From positions 1 to 25,758 of IMG/VR virus record IMGVR_UViG_3300005805_000431: DNA of 25,758 bases; one strand, 5' to 3'. Source of the stretch: a virus (taxonomy: Duplodnaviria > Caudoviricetes). Both the position numbers and the translations under genes were made by a program. Positions 25,568-25,758 of this stretch are shown here, piece after piece; within the stretch, counting starts at the first letter, position 1, and every line of letters starts with the position of its first letter. A model generated the notes under the pieces. It was not told the DNA's origin. It made no database searches and saw nothing but the letters and a program-made list of their open reading frames with translations.

Positions 25568-25758
25568 TTATACTTTTATTGGTGTTCCTTGTCCTTCTGG
25601 AAGTTGAGGTGCCTGAGAAGGGACAACTGGATTTTTGTTTGCATTCTTAATTACGATAAAGGCATCTTTTTGATAAGTAACTGTTCCAAATGGTTTTGCC
25701 CACTTTGGATTTGCATCTGGATGAGTTGCAGTTCCAGTAACAGCACAACCTCCAACAT
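25568..25758 (-). CDS. Hypothetical protein, 3' part only
   Basis: Open frame from the window edge: ...VGGCAVTGTATHPDANPKWAKPFGTVTYQKDAFIVIKNANKNPVVPSQAPQLPEGQGTPIKV*. Confidence 0.65.
   Translation of the reverse strand, partial: VGGCAVTGTATHPDANPKWAKPFGTVTYQKDAFIVIKNANKNPVVPSQAPQLPEGQGTPIKV

Noticed and set aside
1-25758. tRNA, rRNA, introns, inteins, homing endonucleases, CRISPR arrays
   Set aside because: Intergenic gaps are all under about 70 nt once the small ORFs are added, core genes are uninterrupted and no such signatures were seen by eye.

Overview
AT-rich, gene-dense segment of a T4-like cyanomyovirus genome. The evidence is T4-type core genes together with cyanophage markers (cp12, phoH, thyX, speD, DUF1825-like). 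From left to right: (i) the start of an early-type gene with a sigma70 promoter; (ii) a minus-strand baseplate/tail block containing an S74-chaperone protein, a split gp5, cp12, a hub protein, two paralogous tape-measure-like proteins carrying M23 and lysozyme-like domains, gp51, gp26 and a tube-fold protein; (iii) plus-strand gp4-gp2-gp48-gp53; (iv) a minus-strand gp32, gp59, gp33, exonuclease, phoH, thyX, speD and glutaredoxin block; (v) a six-gene accessory cluster of three glycosyltransferases, two 2OG-Fe(II) oxygenases and a pyranose-furanose mutase. Top findings are a candidate SD-stimulated -1 ribosomal frameshift fusing gp26 to gp51, resembling lambda G/GT, and the hydroxylation/furanosylation/methylation cluster, whose target is unknown. 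All family assignments come from recognising motifs by eye; no database searches were run.
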